DNA from: an uncultured delta proteobacterium | GTDB taxonomy: Bacteria; Desulfobacterota; Binatia; UBA9968 | Assembly: GCA_963771465.1 (NCBI GenBank) | Contig: CAVYTU010000017.1 | Coordinates: 448,001-512,000, forward strand | Reading direction: 5' to 3' | DNA length: 64,000 nt | In this document: positions 1 to 10,277 of the stretch, in pieces | How the letters are laid out: every line of letters begins with the position of its first letter | Position numbering within the stretch: position 1 is the stretch's first letter | Translations under genes and position numbers: made by a program | Notes under the pieces: model-generated | Told to the model about the DNA's origin: nothing | Databases searched by the model: none | Seen by the model: only the letters and a program-made list of their open reading frames with translations

Positions 1-2
1 AC

Positions 3-308
3 GAAGGTATGCCACCCGCGCCACTTCAGGAAAGCAGAAGTTTTCATTTGACCGACGGTTATTTCGAACTGGCCATTTTGGGCAACGTGCCCAACCAGAG
101 TCCAAACGGTTTGTATCACTTCGGCATCAAAGTAGAGGACATGGATGAGACGGCTCGCAAGTTGGAAAGCTTTCAGAAGCATGTCCAGCGCAGGCCGGCA
201 GATACGTCCTTTGCGGAATTGCGCGTGTCGGATATCGATGGAAATCTCATGGATCTTTCGGTGCACGGTTTCCTGTCATATCAACCCGTGAAATCGGCCA
301 AGGATTAG
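3..308 (+). CDS. VOC/glyoxalase family protein (probably 5'-truncated by the window edge)
   Basis: GLYHFGIKVEDM and ELRVSDIDGNLMDLS match the glyoxalase beta-alpha-beta-beta-beta motifs; the frame is open back to the window start. Confidence 0.7.
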   Translation, partial: EGMPPAPLQESRSFHLTDGYFELAILGNVPNQSPNGLYHFGIKVEDMDETARKLESFQKHVQRRPADTSFAELRVSDIDGNLMDLSVHGFLSYQPVKSAKD

Positions 309-313
309 ATGAA

Positions 314-1498
314 ATGATGATGCGGTGGTTGCCTGCGGGGTTGTCCAAGATGGGATTTCTTGTTCTGCGTAAGCTGTCAGTCTACGCGCTAGTCCTGCTG
401 AGTCTCATGACGGCGCCAATTATCCCGGCCGCCGTAGCCGCGGAAAAGCCTGGCTGGCAAGCCGAGTGGGACAAAGCCATCGCCGGCGCTAAGAAAGAAG
501 GTGCGGTGTATTTGTGGGGTGATATGGAGATTACGCACCCCGATATCGTGGCGGCCTTCACCAAAGAATTTCCATTCATAAAACCGATCACGGTAACCGG
601 ACGGGTGGGCGACCTGACGATGCGTATTTTGTCGGAGCGCAGAGCGGGGAAATATTTGGCCGACGTTTATAGCGGCGTCATGGGCGGCGCGGCGTTCTAT
701 GAATTTTACCGCACCGGCGTTCTAGATTCGGTCAAATCCATATTTGTTCTTCCGGAAGTGGCGGATGAATCCAAGTGGCTTGGCGGCAAGCATCATTATG
801 TCGACCCCGACACCCAACAAATTATTCTTTATGAAGGAAATGTCGCGGGCACGAGCATCTTTTACAACACCGAGTCGGTCAAGCCCAACGACTTCAGCTC
901 TTACTGGGATATCCTCGACCCGAAGTGGAAAGGCAAGATCGCTATGTTCGAGCGGGTCGGCTCCGGATTCCCGAGTCTGACGCCGGTCTATTATAACTCC
1001 CGTCTCGGCCCCGATTTCATCAAGCGACTGTTGGGCGAGATGAACGTAACGATTTCACGCGACCGCCGCCAAGCAACTGACTGGTTGGGAACCGGCAAGG
1101 TTGTTCTGTGCGTCGGTTGCGCCGATGTGGAGCACGCGAGCCGAGACGGCATACCGGTGGGTGAGTTGGACCGCAAGCACCTTAAGGAGGCCGGCAATAA
1201 TATCGGCCTCAATGGCAACAGCGGGCTTGCGCTGATCGGCAAGCCGGCGCATCCCAATGCGGCCAAGGTGTTTGTCAATTGGTTTCTCTCTCGTAGAGGG
1301 CAGTCGGTTTGGCAGGAAGTGATGAACACCAAGGTCGAAGAACCGTCAAACTCGATGAGAATCGATATCCCGAAGGACAAGGTTCTTGCCGCCGCACGTC
1401 GCGACGAAAAGGTGAAATATACTGTCACCGGCTTCCTGGATCCTGAGCCTCCTACCAAACTCATCGACGAACTTTTGGGCAGGAAAAAGGCGAAATAA
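314..1498 (+). CDS. ABC transporter substrate-binding protein (Fe3+/thiamine/polyamine SBP class)
   Basis: Signal peptide; WDKAIAGAKKEG, SYWDILDPKWKGKI and PAHPNAAKVFVNWFLS motifs; exact start uncertain. Confidence 0.85.
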   Translation: MMMRWLPAGLSKMGFLVLRKLSVYALVLLSLMTAPIIPAAVAAEKPGWQAEWDKAIAGAKKEGAVYLWGDMEITHPDIVAAFTKEFPFIKPITVTGRVGDLTMRILSERRAGKYLADVYSGVMGGAAFYEFYRTGVLDSVKSIFVLPEVADESKWLGGKHHYVDPDTQQIILYEGNVAGTSIFYNTESVKPNDFSSYWDILDPKWKGKIAMFERVGSGFPSLTPVYYNSRLGPDFIKRLLGEMNVTISRDRRQATDWLGTGKVVLCVGCADVEHASRDGIPVGELDRKHLKEAGNNIGLNGNSGLALIGKPAHPNAAKVFVNWFLSRRGQSVWQEVMNTKVEEPSNSMRIDIPKDKVLAAARRDEKVKYTVTGFLDPEPPTKLIDELLGRKKAK

Positions 1499-1840
1499 TT
1501 AGCGCTTCATCCGACGACCATACGGCTTCGATTTCTCGACTTGTCTTCCTTGCAGATTCCTTCTCGTCCTTGTTCTGTGTGAATCGCGTGTGAATTCGCA
1601 CTTGAAGTGGAGAACCGACCCATCAGTCTTTCCTAAAGACCAATCGAGCCGATTTGCTATACTTCCATGCCTGACGGGAGCTCCCGAGACGTGCCAAAAA
1701 TGGCATCTGCAATCAGGCTTTTTATTGACCCACCGACTGTAGTATAAATTTCTCAAGTAGATGCGCAGAGGATTTCGTCATGATGGTCGATTACGTTGTC
1801 CATGCGGAGTGACTAAACGGCAGATCATAGGAGTAAAACC

Positions 1841-3115
1841 ATGAGCAAATTTGTTGTGACGTTTATCGTGGGAGTTTATTTCTTGATGATGGCTACGGTG
1901 GCGCAGAGCGGCCAAGCGGCGATACAGCTGCCCGAGGGGAACGGTAAAGAGTTGGTCCAGGGGATGTGCACAGCGTGTCATGAGCTGAACCTGATTACCC
2001 GGAGCTCCGGATACAGTCGCGAAGCATGGCGGGAATTGATCGGCACGATGATCAATTTATCCGGCACTCCCGCCCAGGACACGATTACGCAGTATCTAGC
2101 GACCCATTTCCCGGCGAATGATCAACTTAAGCCCACTCTGGTGCGCGGTGAAGCGTCAATTACATTTCGCGAATGGACGGTTCCCACGCCCGGCCAGCGA
2201 GCGCGCGATCCAGTGCAGACGCCGGACGGTTCGATTTGGTGGGCCGGTCAGTATGGCAATATCGTAGGCAAGATCAACCCAAAGACTGGGGAAATGGTGG
2301 AATACACGCTGCCGGATAAAGCCTTGCCACATAGCATTACGCCGGATCGTGACGGAAACATTTGGTACACTGGCAACGGCAACGGCACCATGGGCAAACT
2401 CGATCCGCGCACCGGCATGATCACTGAATACAAAATGCCCGACCCTGCGGCGAAGGATCCACACACTGCGATCTTCGATTCCAAAGGAACGTTATGGTTC
2501 ACTTTGCAGGTAAGCAACATGATCGGCCGCTTGGTGCCGTCGACCGGCGAGATCAAATTGATTACCTCACCGCGAAAAGAGTCCCGTCCTTATGGCATCA
2601 AGCAGGCAGCGGACGGATCGTTATGGGTTGCCTGCAATGGTAGTAATTGTTTGCTTAAGATCGATCCCGAGTCGATGGCGGTGCGGGAATTCAATTTGCC
2701 GGAAAAAACAACCGTGCGCCGGCTCGACATCGCCGGCGACGGCATGATCTGGTACGTCAACTCCGCTCTAGGCCGGCTCGGTCGATTGGATCCCAAAACC
2801 GGCCAATATAAAGAGTGGCCATCGCCGAGCGGATCGAAGTCGCATCCCTACGCGATCGCTGTCGTCGATGGAATCGTCTGGTACAACGAATCAGGACAGC
2901 GTCCGGATGCCCTGGTGCGCTTCGATCCGGCGAACGAGAGATTTCAAAGTTGGCCGATCGCGTCGGGAAATATTTATGCGGGTATCTTGAGGCACATGCG
3001 GCCGACGCCGGACGGAAATCTGTTGATCCACCAGACCAGTACCAACCGGATTATTCTAGTTACGCTGAAACCGAACCGGCCCGCCACGGCAAGCGGTAAA
3101 CCCAGCGGAGGGTGA
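1841..3115 (+). CDS. Secreted cytochrome c (CxxCH) fused to a Vgb-lyase-like beta-propeller
   Basis: Signal peptide, LPEGNGKELVQGMCTACH heme motif, repeated PHSITPDRDGNIWYT-type blades; RBS AGGAG. Confidence 0.8.
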   Translation: MSKFVVTFIVGVYFLMMATVAQSGQAAIQLPEGNGKELVQGMCTACHELNLITRSSGYSREAWRELIGTMINLSGTPAQDTITQYLATHFPANDQLKPTLVRGEASITFREWTVPTPGQRARDPVQTPDGSIWWAGQYGNIVGKINPKTGEMVEYTLPDKALPHSITPDRDGNIWYTGNGNGTMGKLDPRTGMITEYKMPDPAAKDPHTAIFDSKGTLWFTLQVSNMIGRLVPSTGEIKLITSPRKESRPYGIKQAADGSLWVACNGSNCLLKIDPESMAVREFNLPEKTTVRRLDIAGDGMIWYVNSALGRLGRLDPKTGQYKEWPSPSGSKSHPYAIAVVDGIVWYNESGQRPDALVRFDPANERFQSWPIASGNIYAGILRHMRPTPDGNLLIHQTSTNRIILVTLKPNRPATASGKPSGG

Positions 3116-3142
3116 TTGCATAACAGGCAGCGGGGGAGATTG

Positions 3143-4138
3143 ATGTTGAGAGTAAAAAAATTGGCGCTTTGTTTTGCGTTCATAATTACTTTCACCGCTG
3201 TGGCGCAGGGTCAAAGCCTGCCCAAAGTCCGCGCCGCCTACACATCCATCGGCATCCAATTCGATCCGGTTTACATCATGAAGGAACTCGAGCTGCCGCG
3301 GAAATACGGCGTCGATGCCGAAATTCTTTTTGTTCCGGTGAGCTCGCGGGCGGTTCAGGCGGCACTGGCCGGCGAGATTCAGTTCATCACCAGCGCCGGC
3401 GTCGCCAACATCAACGCTAACATGAGCGGCGCCGACTTCGTCGGGCTGACGGCGACGCTCAATACTTTTGTGTTCAAGATCATCGCCAGTCCGGAGATCA
3501 AAAAGCCTGAAATGTTAAAGGGCAAGAAGGTCGGCATTTCGCGGCTCGGCGGCGCCAGCGATTTTTCCATCCGCTACGCGCTGACGCGCTGGGGCTTGGT
3601 TCCCGATAAAGACGTCGCGATTATCCAGGTGGGCGGCGAGCAGGAAGAGTTTTTGGCGCTGCAAAACAAGGCGGTGGATGCCGTCGTTTTATCCGAGCCC
3701 TTCGCGTCGCTAGCGATGCGGTCGGGCGCCGCCGTGCTCGCCGATTTGAGTCAGCTTGGCGTGGCTTATTCGATGCATGGTTTCGGCGCGCGAAAAAGTT
3801 TTATTCAGACAAATCGGGACGTCGTCATCCGATTCATGAAAGCGTATCTCGAGGGCATCTATGTCTTTAAAACGAACAAAGAGCTTGCGCTGAACATCCT
3901 AAAAAAATATACCCGGGTCGATGATCTGTCCCTGGTGCAAGTGTCCTATGACGAAATGTCCCAGAGATTGATCCGTAGAACTCCCCACCCGGACCGCGAA
4001 GGCATTCAAACCATCATCGATCAACTGGCCAAGACTCGCCCGCAAATGAAAAATCTCAACCCCGGTGACTTCATCGATGCGTCGATCTTAAAAGAAATCG
4101 AGGACAGCGGCTTCATTAAAAAGTTATATGGAAATTAG
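3143..4138 (+). CDS. ABC transporter substrate-binding protein (NMT1/SsuA/TauA family)
   Basis: LKGKKVGISRLGGASD and DFIDASILKEIEDSGFIKKLY motifs; signal peptide. Confidence 0.85.
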   Translation: MLRVKKLALCFAFIITFTAVAQGQSLPKVRAAYTSIGIQFDPVYIMKELELPRKYGVDAEILFVPVSSRAVQAALAGEIQFITSAGVANINANMSGADFVGLTATLNTFVFKIIASPEIKKPEMLKGKKVGISRLGGASDFSIRYALTRWGLVPDKDVAIIQVGGEQEEFLALQNKAVDAVVLSEPFASLAMRSGAAVLADLSQLGVAYSMHGFGARKSFIQTNRDVVIRFMKAYLEGIYVFKTNKELALNILKKYTRVDDLSLVQVSYDEMSQRLIRRTPHPDREGIQTIIDQLAKTRPQMKNLNPGDFIDASILKEIEDSGFIKKLYGN

Positions 4139-4158
4139 CGGCACAGTTCCGAGGAGTA

Positions 4159-4438
4159 ATGAACAATCCCGCAGCAAGCTGCGGGGTATCAGAAGGACGC
4201 GACGCGAAATCTTCCAACGGCGTCACCCCCGAATGTTTTATCGGGGGTCCACTCCCGGACCCGCCTGGATTCCCGCTTAAAGCATGCGGGAATGATGGAC
4301 TTCAGATAGGCGATTAACTTTTCGCAGCGAGCGGCGGCAATCGACGCACAGCGATTGAATATAGTCATCGATGCCGATGCTCACGTGGAAGAATCCGACG
4401 CGATGTTCAGCCTCGATGCTATAAAACGATGCTCATAA
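4159..4438 (+). pseudogene. Amidohydrolase_2 N-terminal remnant interrupted by the palindromic element
   Basis: RBS GAGGAG + ATG AAC AAT at 4159; after the element the frame reads NIVIDADAHVEESDAMFSL and then stops. Confidence 0.6.
4168..4357. mobile_element. MITE/REP-like composite palindromic element
   Basis: CCCGCAGC-AA-GCTGCGGG (4168-4185); CCCCCGA..TCGGGGG (4226-4247); ATTCCCGC..GCGGGAAT (4269-4293); degenerate second CGCAGCGAGCGGCG (~4323-4336); AAT on both flanks. Confidence 0.6.
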
Positions 4439-4451
4439 TGGCAGAACACTG

Positions 4452-5304
4452 ATGAACGAGAGCATTGCTTCGACTCGGGTGGACGACCCGATGGTTCCGG
4501 TACCTATCCCGGTGCAGGTGCTGGCCAAGGAGGGGATGGCCGAGCTTCTTCAATACGCGTCTTGGCTATTGGGATACGGGCGGCAGCGGAGAGCCGGTGG
4601 TGTTCCTTCATCCAGCGTCAGGTAGCGCGCTGGTCTGGCTGTACCAGCAGCCTGTTTTCGCGAAAGCCGGCCATCGTGTCATCGCCTATTCGCGCCGCAA
4701 CTATTACAACTCAGACTCGGCGCCCGAGGAGAATCCGGGAACCGGAACGGAGGATCTGCAGAGTCTGATCGAATTCCTCGGCCTCGATCAGTTTCATATC
4801 GTGAGCTCAGCCGCCGGCGGCAGCGTCGCGGCCGACTACGCGCTGTGCCATCCGGAGCGTTTGCTTAGCCTCACGGTGTCCAGTAACAACCTTGCGGCTA
4901 CGAAAGGCTACATCGCCGAAGCCGCCGAAAGGGTCAAACTCAAAGAGTGGGACGATTTGCCGCGTTGGTTTCGCGAGCTCGGGCCTTCCTATCGCGGAGT
5001 CAACCCCGAAGGCGTCGCGAAATGGACCGAACTCAACCACAAATCAGAGACCGGAAGAGGTGCTCGGCAAAAGTTGGTGAATGTTGTGACGCCGGAGAAG
5101 CTGGAAATACTCAAGGTTCGGATGTTGCTCATGACCGGCGCAGCCGATATGTTCACTCCGCCTTCTATTATGCGGATGATCGCGCGCCATGTTCCCAATA
5201 ACGAAGTTGTGATCGTGCCGGAGTGCGGTCATTCTCCCTATTGGGAACAACCCGAGTTCTTTAACCGTACCGTGCTCGGATTCATCGGCCGAAATTCGAA
5301 ATAG
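4452..5304 (+). CDS. Alpha/beta hydrolase (frameshift near 4548)
   Basis: GEPVVFLHP, nucleophile-elbow SSAAGG, CGHSPYWEQPEFFN; likely N-terminus MNESIASTRVDDPMVPVPIP is in another frame from ATG 4452. Confidence 0.75.
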
Positions 5305-5436
5305 ACTCGCGGTAAACAATTCGTAATCCTTGTCGCCACAGAGGCGCGGAGTATATGCAGGTCTAATCCCATAACTCCTCGACAGTGAACGATCCGAATT
5401 CAAGTTTCCCTCTTTGAAATTTCTCAGGAGATCGCC

Positions 5437-6511
5437 ATGAAAAAAAGATTTTTCACTACCGTAATTTCGCTCGTGGTTTTCACATGGGCCATCGGCGGCA
5501 ACGCCAACGTCTGCGCAGGAGACCGCCGGCCAGATTTTGGCGAAACTTGAAAAACTTTCGGCCGAAAACCGGCAGAAAGTTCTGGTCGAGAACGCCAGGA
5601 ATGAGAAAGAAGTCACATTTTATAGCTCGCTTCAGACCGTCGATGCGGATATCTACGTGAAGGCGTTTAACAAGCGCTATCCGTTTATCAAGGTCAACAT
5701 CTACCGGATCTCCGGGCAGAAACAGGTGATCATGATCCAATCGGAGTTTAACGCCGGCAGGCATGCCTTCGATGTTACCAACGCTTCAGCCGCACAAGCT
5801 TTTGGAATCAAAAAGACCGGTGCATTGGACCCTTACCAGAGTCCCCAACGGCAATACTTTTCCACCGCACACAAGGATAAGGAAGGATACTTCACTCCGA
5901 CTTATATCGTTCCGGTGGTGCTTGGCTACAACACCAACATGGTCAAGCGCAATGAAGCGCCCAAACGCTATGAAGACCTGCTGGAGCCCAGATGGAAGAG
6001 CAATATGATTTTGGACATCGAGGAGTTTCCCTGGTTTGCCGTGATGCTTAAGCACTATGGCCGGGAAAAAGGTTTGGACTACATGAGGCGGCTGGCCAAA
6101 CAGGAGATCATGATGGGCCGAGGGCGCACGACCCAGGCGCAACTGATCAGCGCCGGGCGAGCGAGCCATCGGCATAGCGCTCAATAGCTCTTCCGTGCTC
6201 GACTTCAAAACTCGCGCGCGCCACTCGATTGGACCATTCTCGATCCTTACTATGCCAAACCCAATATGCTGATGTTTGCGCGCCACGCGCCCCATCCGCA
6301 CGCGGCGGCGCTATTGATCGACTGGACGCTCTCCGAGGAAGGACAGTCTCTACTGGCAAGCTTAGATTATGTGGTGGCCCGCAAGGGCGTGAAACAAAGT
6401 GTACCGGCCCTATTGGAAAAGGAGAGCTTTCTCGCCGATCCCGACTTTATTGGTCCGATCCTGGAGGACGTCGGCAGAGACTTTCGCAGCGTATTCACCG
6501 GCGGTCGTTAG
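5437..6511 (+). pseudogene. ABC substrate-binding protein split by three single-base indels (pseudogene or assembly error)
   Basis: RBS AGGAG/ATG 5437 signal peptide; shifts at ~5500, ~6155 (+1) and ~6215 (-1) restore ...ISAGERAIGIALNSSSVLDFKTRGAPLDW...APHPHAAALLIDWTLSEEGQ. Confidence 0.75.
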
Positions 6512-6923
6512 ACTGACGCTCCACGGCGGATCCGCCTGGACAGCGCTTCGACCTTTAACTGGCGGTCTGAACTCAGAGCGAAAGAGGGTCTTAGTCGAAA
6601 CCATTTTGTCGTGTCTCGACGAATCAGTATCATTCGCTGAAACAGAGAAAGCTATCGAGACAAAATCAAACCTCAACTACGAAGCCCTAGAAATGATCGC
6701 TTCGTCACTTTGTCTGGACATTGATTGCTTAATTGGTTGGAAATCGCATCTAAACGTTCTGGTACACCTCCGAAATAACATTGCACACGGATCGCGACCA
6801 ACTTCTTTGACCTTTTCGGATTTCGATCAGAATGCGTCCATCACGTTACAGCTGATGGAAAACTTTGAAAACGTTCTTGTTAACGCTTTGATGACAAAAT
6901 CGTATTTCGCGCACGCGGCTTAA
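6512..6923 (+). pseudogene. C-terminal fragment of a HEPN-domain protein (MAE_28990/RiboL-PSP-like)
   Basis: TKSNLNYEAL and LVHLRNNIAHG (Rx4H HEPN motif); visibly more AT-rich than the flanks; no own start. Confidence 0.6.
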
Positions 6924-7107
6924 GTAGGTTTGTCTGACGGCTCTCGCAAGGGCCAACGATTTTAACAATCTTAATCAGAGCACGGATCACTTTCACGACT
7001 AGGGGGGATTAGAGTCAGGCGTGGAAACATTGCAACTTCGCTCGTTTCGTTCGGAATGAATCTGTCCACCTCCCTGCCGGAAGAAGCTTCGCCTTTGCTC
7101 CTTGCTC

Positions 7108-8199
7108 TCAGGGCGACTTCAGGATCTCCTTGATGCGCAGCCTTACCCTTTCGCCTTCCTTGGCAGTGAAATTCCAATCGTCGGCATCGAAGTAGTTCAC
7201 ACCTGGACGTGGAACGACTCGACGATCCAGAAACGACTCGTCGACATCATTGCGGAGGGTTGCGGCGCTGTAACCACGCGAATAGATTTCCAGCCCTTCC
7301 TTGGATACCAGCCAGTTGGCGAATACCTGCGCAGCGTAGGGGTGGGGAGCTTTGTTCGCGACGCTCAACAGCCAAGGGGATGAGCCAACGAAGGCTCGCA
7401 TGTCGGACAGGTCGAAGATGTCCAAAATCTTGAAGCCTTCTTGGCGCAGCCGATCCGAATCCTCGGTACGGCAAGTTAGGCAGATGGGGTAAGTACCGCG
7501 CCCTAGCCAATCCGCGGCCTGTCTCCGTTCGCGGGAGACGATCGGTTTCTGATCAATGTAGAGTTTTTTGAAAAACTCCTCGCCAAGCTGGAGGTAGAAA
7601 AGCGCCGCTTGCGCCGCTGGTCGCCCGGTAGACGTTGGATCCTCAGTTGTAATCTTCCCTCGCCACTTGGGACTCAAGAGATCCTTTGCCGAGCCGATCT
7701 CCTCAGGCTTGACATACTCGGCATTGATCGGGAAGAACTCTCTAGTCTTATTGAACACGCGCAGGACATATCTTTCTTCGGGGTCGACGAACCAGAGATT
7801 TCGCCTTTTCCATTTTGTCGGATCCACGACTTCCGGGAGAACGAGCAGGGGCCTTAGCGGAGCAATCGCTTTCTCTGCGTAAAGAACTTTGGCCGTGGTA
7901 TCGGGACCGAACAAAAAGACATCAAACGAATGGATTCCGGCCGAGCGCTCAGTGGCAACCCGGCTGGCAAGGTCACCCGATCGCCCAGCGAGATATTCAA
8001 CGGCAATGCCGAAGCGGGCCATAAACTTGGGCATGATCTGATTTCGAAACGTCGCATCAGGAGAACCCGCGACGACCACCCGGCCTTCATTCTTGGCGGC
8101 CGCAAGGATTTGATTCCAATCCTTTGGCTTATCTTTCTCCTGCGCCCAGCAAGAAAACGCCACTCCGATAAGCATCATCAATACGATAACGATTTTCAT
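7108..8199 (-). CDS. ABC transporter substrate-binding protein, paralogue of 314-1498
   Basis: WNQILAAAKNEG, LLSPKWRGKI, SRERRQAADWLGRG, APHPYAAQVFANWLVS. Confidence 0.85.
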   Translation of the reverse strand: MKIVIVLMMLIGVAFSCWAQEKDKPKDWNQILAAAKNEGRVVVAGSPDATFRNQIMPKFMARFGIAVEYLAGRSGDLASRVATERSAGIHSFDVFLFGPDTTAKVLYAEKAIAPLRPLLVLPEVVDPTKWKRRNLWFVDPEERYVLRVFNKTREFFPINAEYVKPEEIGSAKDLLSPKWRGKITTEDPTSTGRPAAQAALFYLQLGEEFFKKLYIDQKPIVSRERRQAADWLGRGTYPICLTCRTEDSDRLRQEGFKILDIFDLSDMRAFVGSSPWLLSVANKAPHPYAAQVFANWLVSKEGLEIYSRGYSAATLRNDVDESFLDRRVVPRPGVNYFDADDWNFTAKEGERVRLRIKEILKSP

Positions 8200-8280
8200 A
8201 TTATTATAGCTCTCGATTTTCGCGGCCTGGGCAAATTTTATCAGCGGCCTTTGCCTCTAGTTACCGGCGCTTAGGATATT

Positions 8281-8353
8281 CTCGCGCCAAGACGCCGAGC
8301 ACGCAAAGTTCGGATACGTTTTTTTCTTGGCGCTTTTTGCACCTTTGCGCGAG
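8281..8353. repeat. 9-nt-period imperfect inverted repeat hairpin
   Basis: CTCGCGCCAAGACGCCGAGCACGCAAAG ... CTTGGCGCTTTTTGCACCTTTGCGCGAG. Confidence 0.6.
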
Positions 8354-8384
8354 TCACTCCGATTTGCTTGGGGCTTTTGCCACA

Positions 8385-9317
8385 CTAGGCTTTACGAAGA
8401 TATAGTTGCTCAAAGAACCCTTCCTTTTCTATCTCCGCGAGGAGGCTTTCATCGATAAAATCCGCTGCCTTCTTGCGGCGGAGAAAAGAGTGATCCGGAG
8501 CTAATTCCTGAATGGCAATTTCCAACCCCTTGGTTAAAGGAACAGGTTTTTCTGGTAAGACCCCCTGGACATAGTCCTCAAACTTAGTATCCATACCGGT
8601 GGCAAAATCTTCGAGAAGATACTTTTCGAAGACGGCATCGGTGAACTCCTTATGGCTCTTAGCGAAAGCGGTAGCCTCAATTATCGCCCTGAGGAAGTTC
8701 TTTGCAGCATCGCGGTTCCTTGCGAGCCAGTCCCGCCTCATCAGGACATCGGCTGCCGTAATGGCGAGACCTGAATTAATGAAGTCCACCAGGAGGCTAA
8801 CCTCTTTTCCTGCCTTGCGCAGGTCCTTCAATTTACCGCGATTGGAGAGGCTGGCCGATACCTTCCCCTCCAACATCCATTGCACGCCGAGGGCGTGGTG
8901 GTCGCCACTAGACACAATCTCCACATCAGTCTCCGGGTCGAGTCCCAGGTGCGCGAGAACGACCCGAGTGGAAACGTCAGGCCCTGTTCCTGGGCGCGCC
9001 GTCCAGATCTTCTTTCCCTTTAGCTCCTGCGGCGATTGGATCTCTGGCCGGGCTAAAAATATGAAATGATTGGCGGCTAAACTGGCGACAAAGACTAGAT
9101 CGGCGCCCTCGGCCAAGGCGTCAATCGCAGCCCGGAATCCCACCACACCGATATCGATTTTTTTGGAGATCACCTCTTCGACGGTTTGCCCGCGAGCGTC
9201 ACTCCGCAACGCGACTTCCAGCCCGTGCTTTTCGAACATCTTGGATTCTTGAGCGACCCAGAGGGGAAACTTATTGTCCCGAATCGGGTAATATCCTACT
9301 CGAAGTTTTTGCTGCAT
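8385..9317 (-). CDS. NMT1/SsuA-family substrate-binding protein (no obvious signal peptide)
   Basis: PLWVAQESKMFEKHGLEV, ELKGKKI, DFIDESLLAEIEKEGFFEQLY; RBS AAGGAG. Confidence 0.8.
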   Translation of the reverse strand: MQQKLRVGYYPIRDNKFPLWVAQESKMFEKHGLEVALRSDARGQTVEEVISKKIDIGVVGFRAAIDALAEGADLVFVASLAANHFIFLARPEIQSPQELKGKKIWTARPGTGPDVSTRVVLAHLGLDPETDVEIVSSGDHHALGVQWMLEGKVSASLSNRGKLKDLRKAGKEVSLLVDFINSGLAITAADVLMRRDWLARNRDAAKNFLRAIIEATAFAKSHKEFTDAVFEKYLLEDFATGMDTKFEDYVQGVLPEKPVPLTKGLEIAIQELAPDHSFLRRKKAADFIDESLLAEIEKEGFFEQLYLRKA

Positions 9318-9389
9318 AAGCTCTCCTTTCTGTACGCTAACGCGCTCCCGCGGCTTTACTTTGTTGGCGGCAGTCAGCGGGCGCGAATA

Positions 9390-9500
9390 TCAGCACTCAA
9401 AACCGGTCGGGAAAAAATTCTGGCGACAATGATCCGCGAACAATTTCCACATCGCTTCGGATTCGGCCACATGTGTGTCGGCGTCGATGATTGGCTGCAT
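9390..9500 (-). pseudogene. Amidohydrolase_2 N-terminal remnant (36 codons)
   Basis: RBS AGGAGG + MQPIIDADTHVAESEAMWKLF, then unrelated sequence and a stop. Confidence 0.6.
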
Positions 9501-9661
9501 GTTGAACCTCCTGCGTACGCTTGGCTGGTTATAACTATTTACCCCTTCCATAGTTTATAGCGCGACCCTGGATAAACCTACAATGCCAATCAGTTGCAGC
9601 ATCAGCCGCACTTCGCCTATAAAGGTGATGTTCGCAGCTATTGCCAAGGAGGTTTTAATTG

Positions 9662-10228
9662 ATGGCGACGCTCAAATTTCTCGATCCGCGCGCGGCGGTG
9701 AATCCGAAAGACCTGCCGTTGGTGCCGGGGCTCGACACGCTGGAAGGTAAAGTCATCGGAATCATCGATAACGGCCAGTCGAACTCGACGGATATGTTCA
9801 AAGAGCTGGCCAAGCTGATCGAAGCAAAATATCACGCCAAGGAAGTTCTGTTCCGCACCAAGCCATCGCATATGCAGGGCGCGCCGAAACCGATCATGGA
9901 GGAGTTACTCAGCCGGTGTGACGCCGTCATCACTGGTTTAGGCGCTTGAGGATCGTGCACGTCGTGGAGTGTCCACGACGCCATCGAACTGCAAAAGAAA
10001 GGCAAGCCGACGGTGACGCTGTGCCAGTCGATCTTCATGGCGCTGGCGCGCACGGAAGCAAAGTTTTTCGGCTTGGCGACATTGCCATTAGTCGAAATCC
10101 CGCATCATCCGAGCGGCGGCGCGAGGGAAGGGGAGCATCGCGCGGACGCAGAGGGGGCGATTGATCTGGTTGACGAGAAATTGACGCTGGGATCGGCAGC
10201 GAGTTTGAAGCAGGCAAAGGCGGGGTGA
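9662..10228 (+). CDS. UGSC-family selenoprotein (Sec at TGA 9947-9949), 188 aa
   Basis: ORFs 9659-9949 and 10013-10228 are in one frame and join as ...DAVITGLGA-U-GSCTSWSVHDAIELQKKGKPTV...; hairpin downstream of the UGA; RBS AGGAGG. Confidence 0.9.
9960..9980 (+). promoter_or_regulatory. Bacterial SECIS element of the UGSC gene
   Basis: CGTCGTGGA-GTG-TCCACGACG, perfect 9-bp stem 10 nt after UGA with GU in the loop. Confidence 0.8.
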
Positions 10229-10277
10229 CTTCAATCTAAAGTCACCTTTTGAGATCCATAATTAAGTTTGAAAAGCA

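Noticed and set aside
1499-1840. Intergenic region and short ORFs
   Set aside because: No recognisable motif, stable structure or RBS-supported ORF seen.
6399-6511. N-terminal part of the 174-aa ORF 6399-6923
   Set aside because: Overlaps the SBP C-terminus in another frame; only the part after ~6512 looks HEPN-like.
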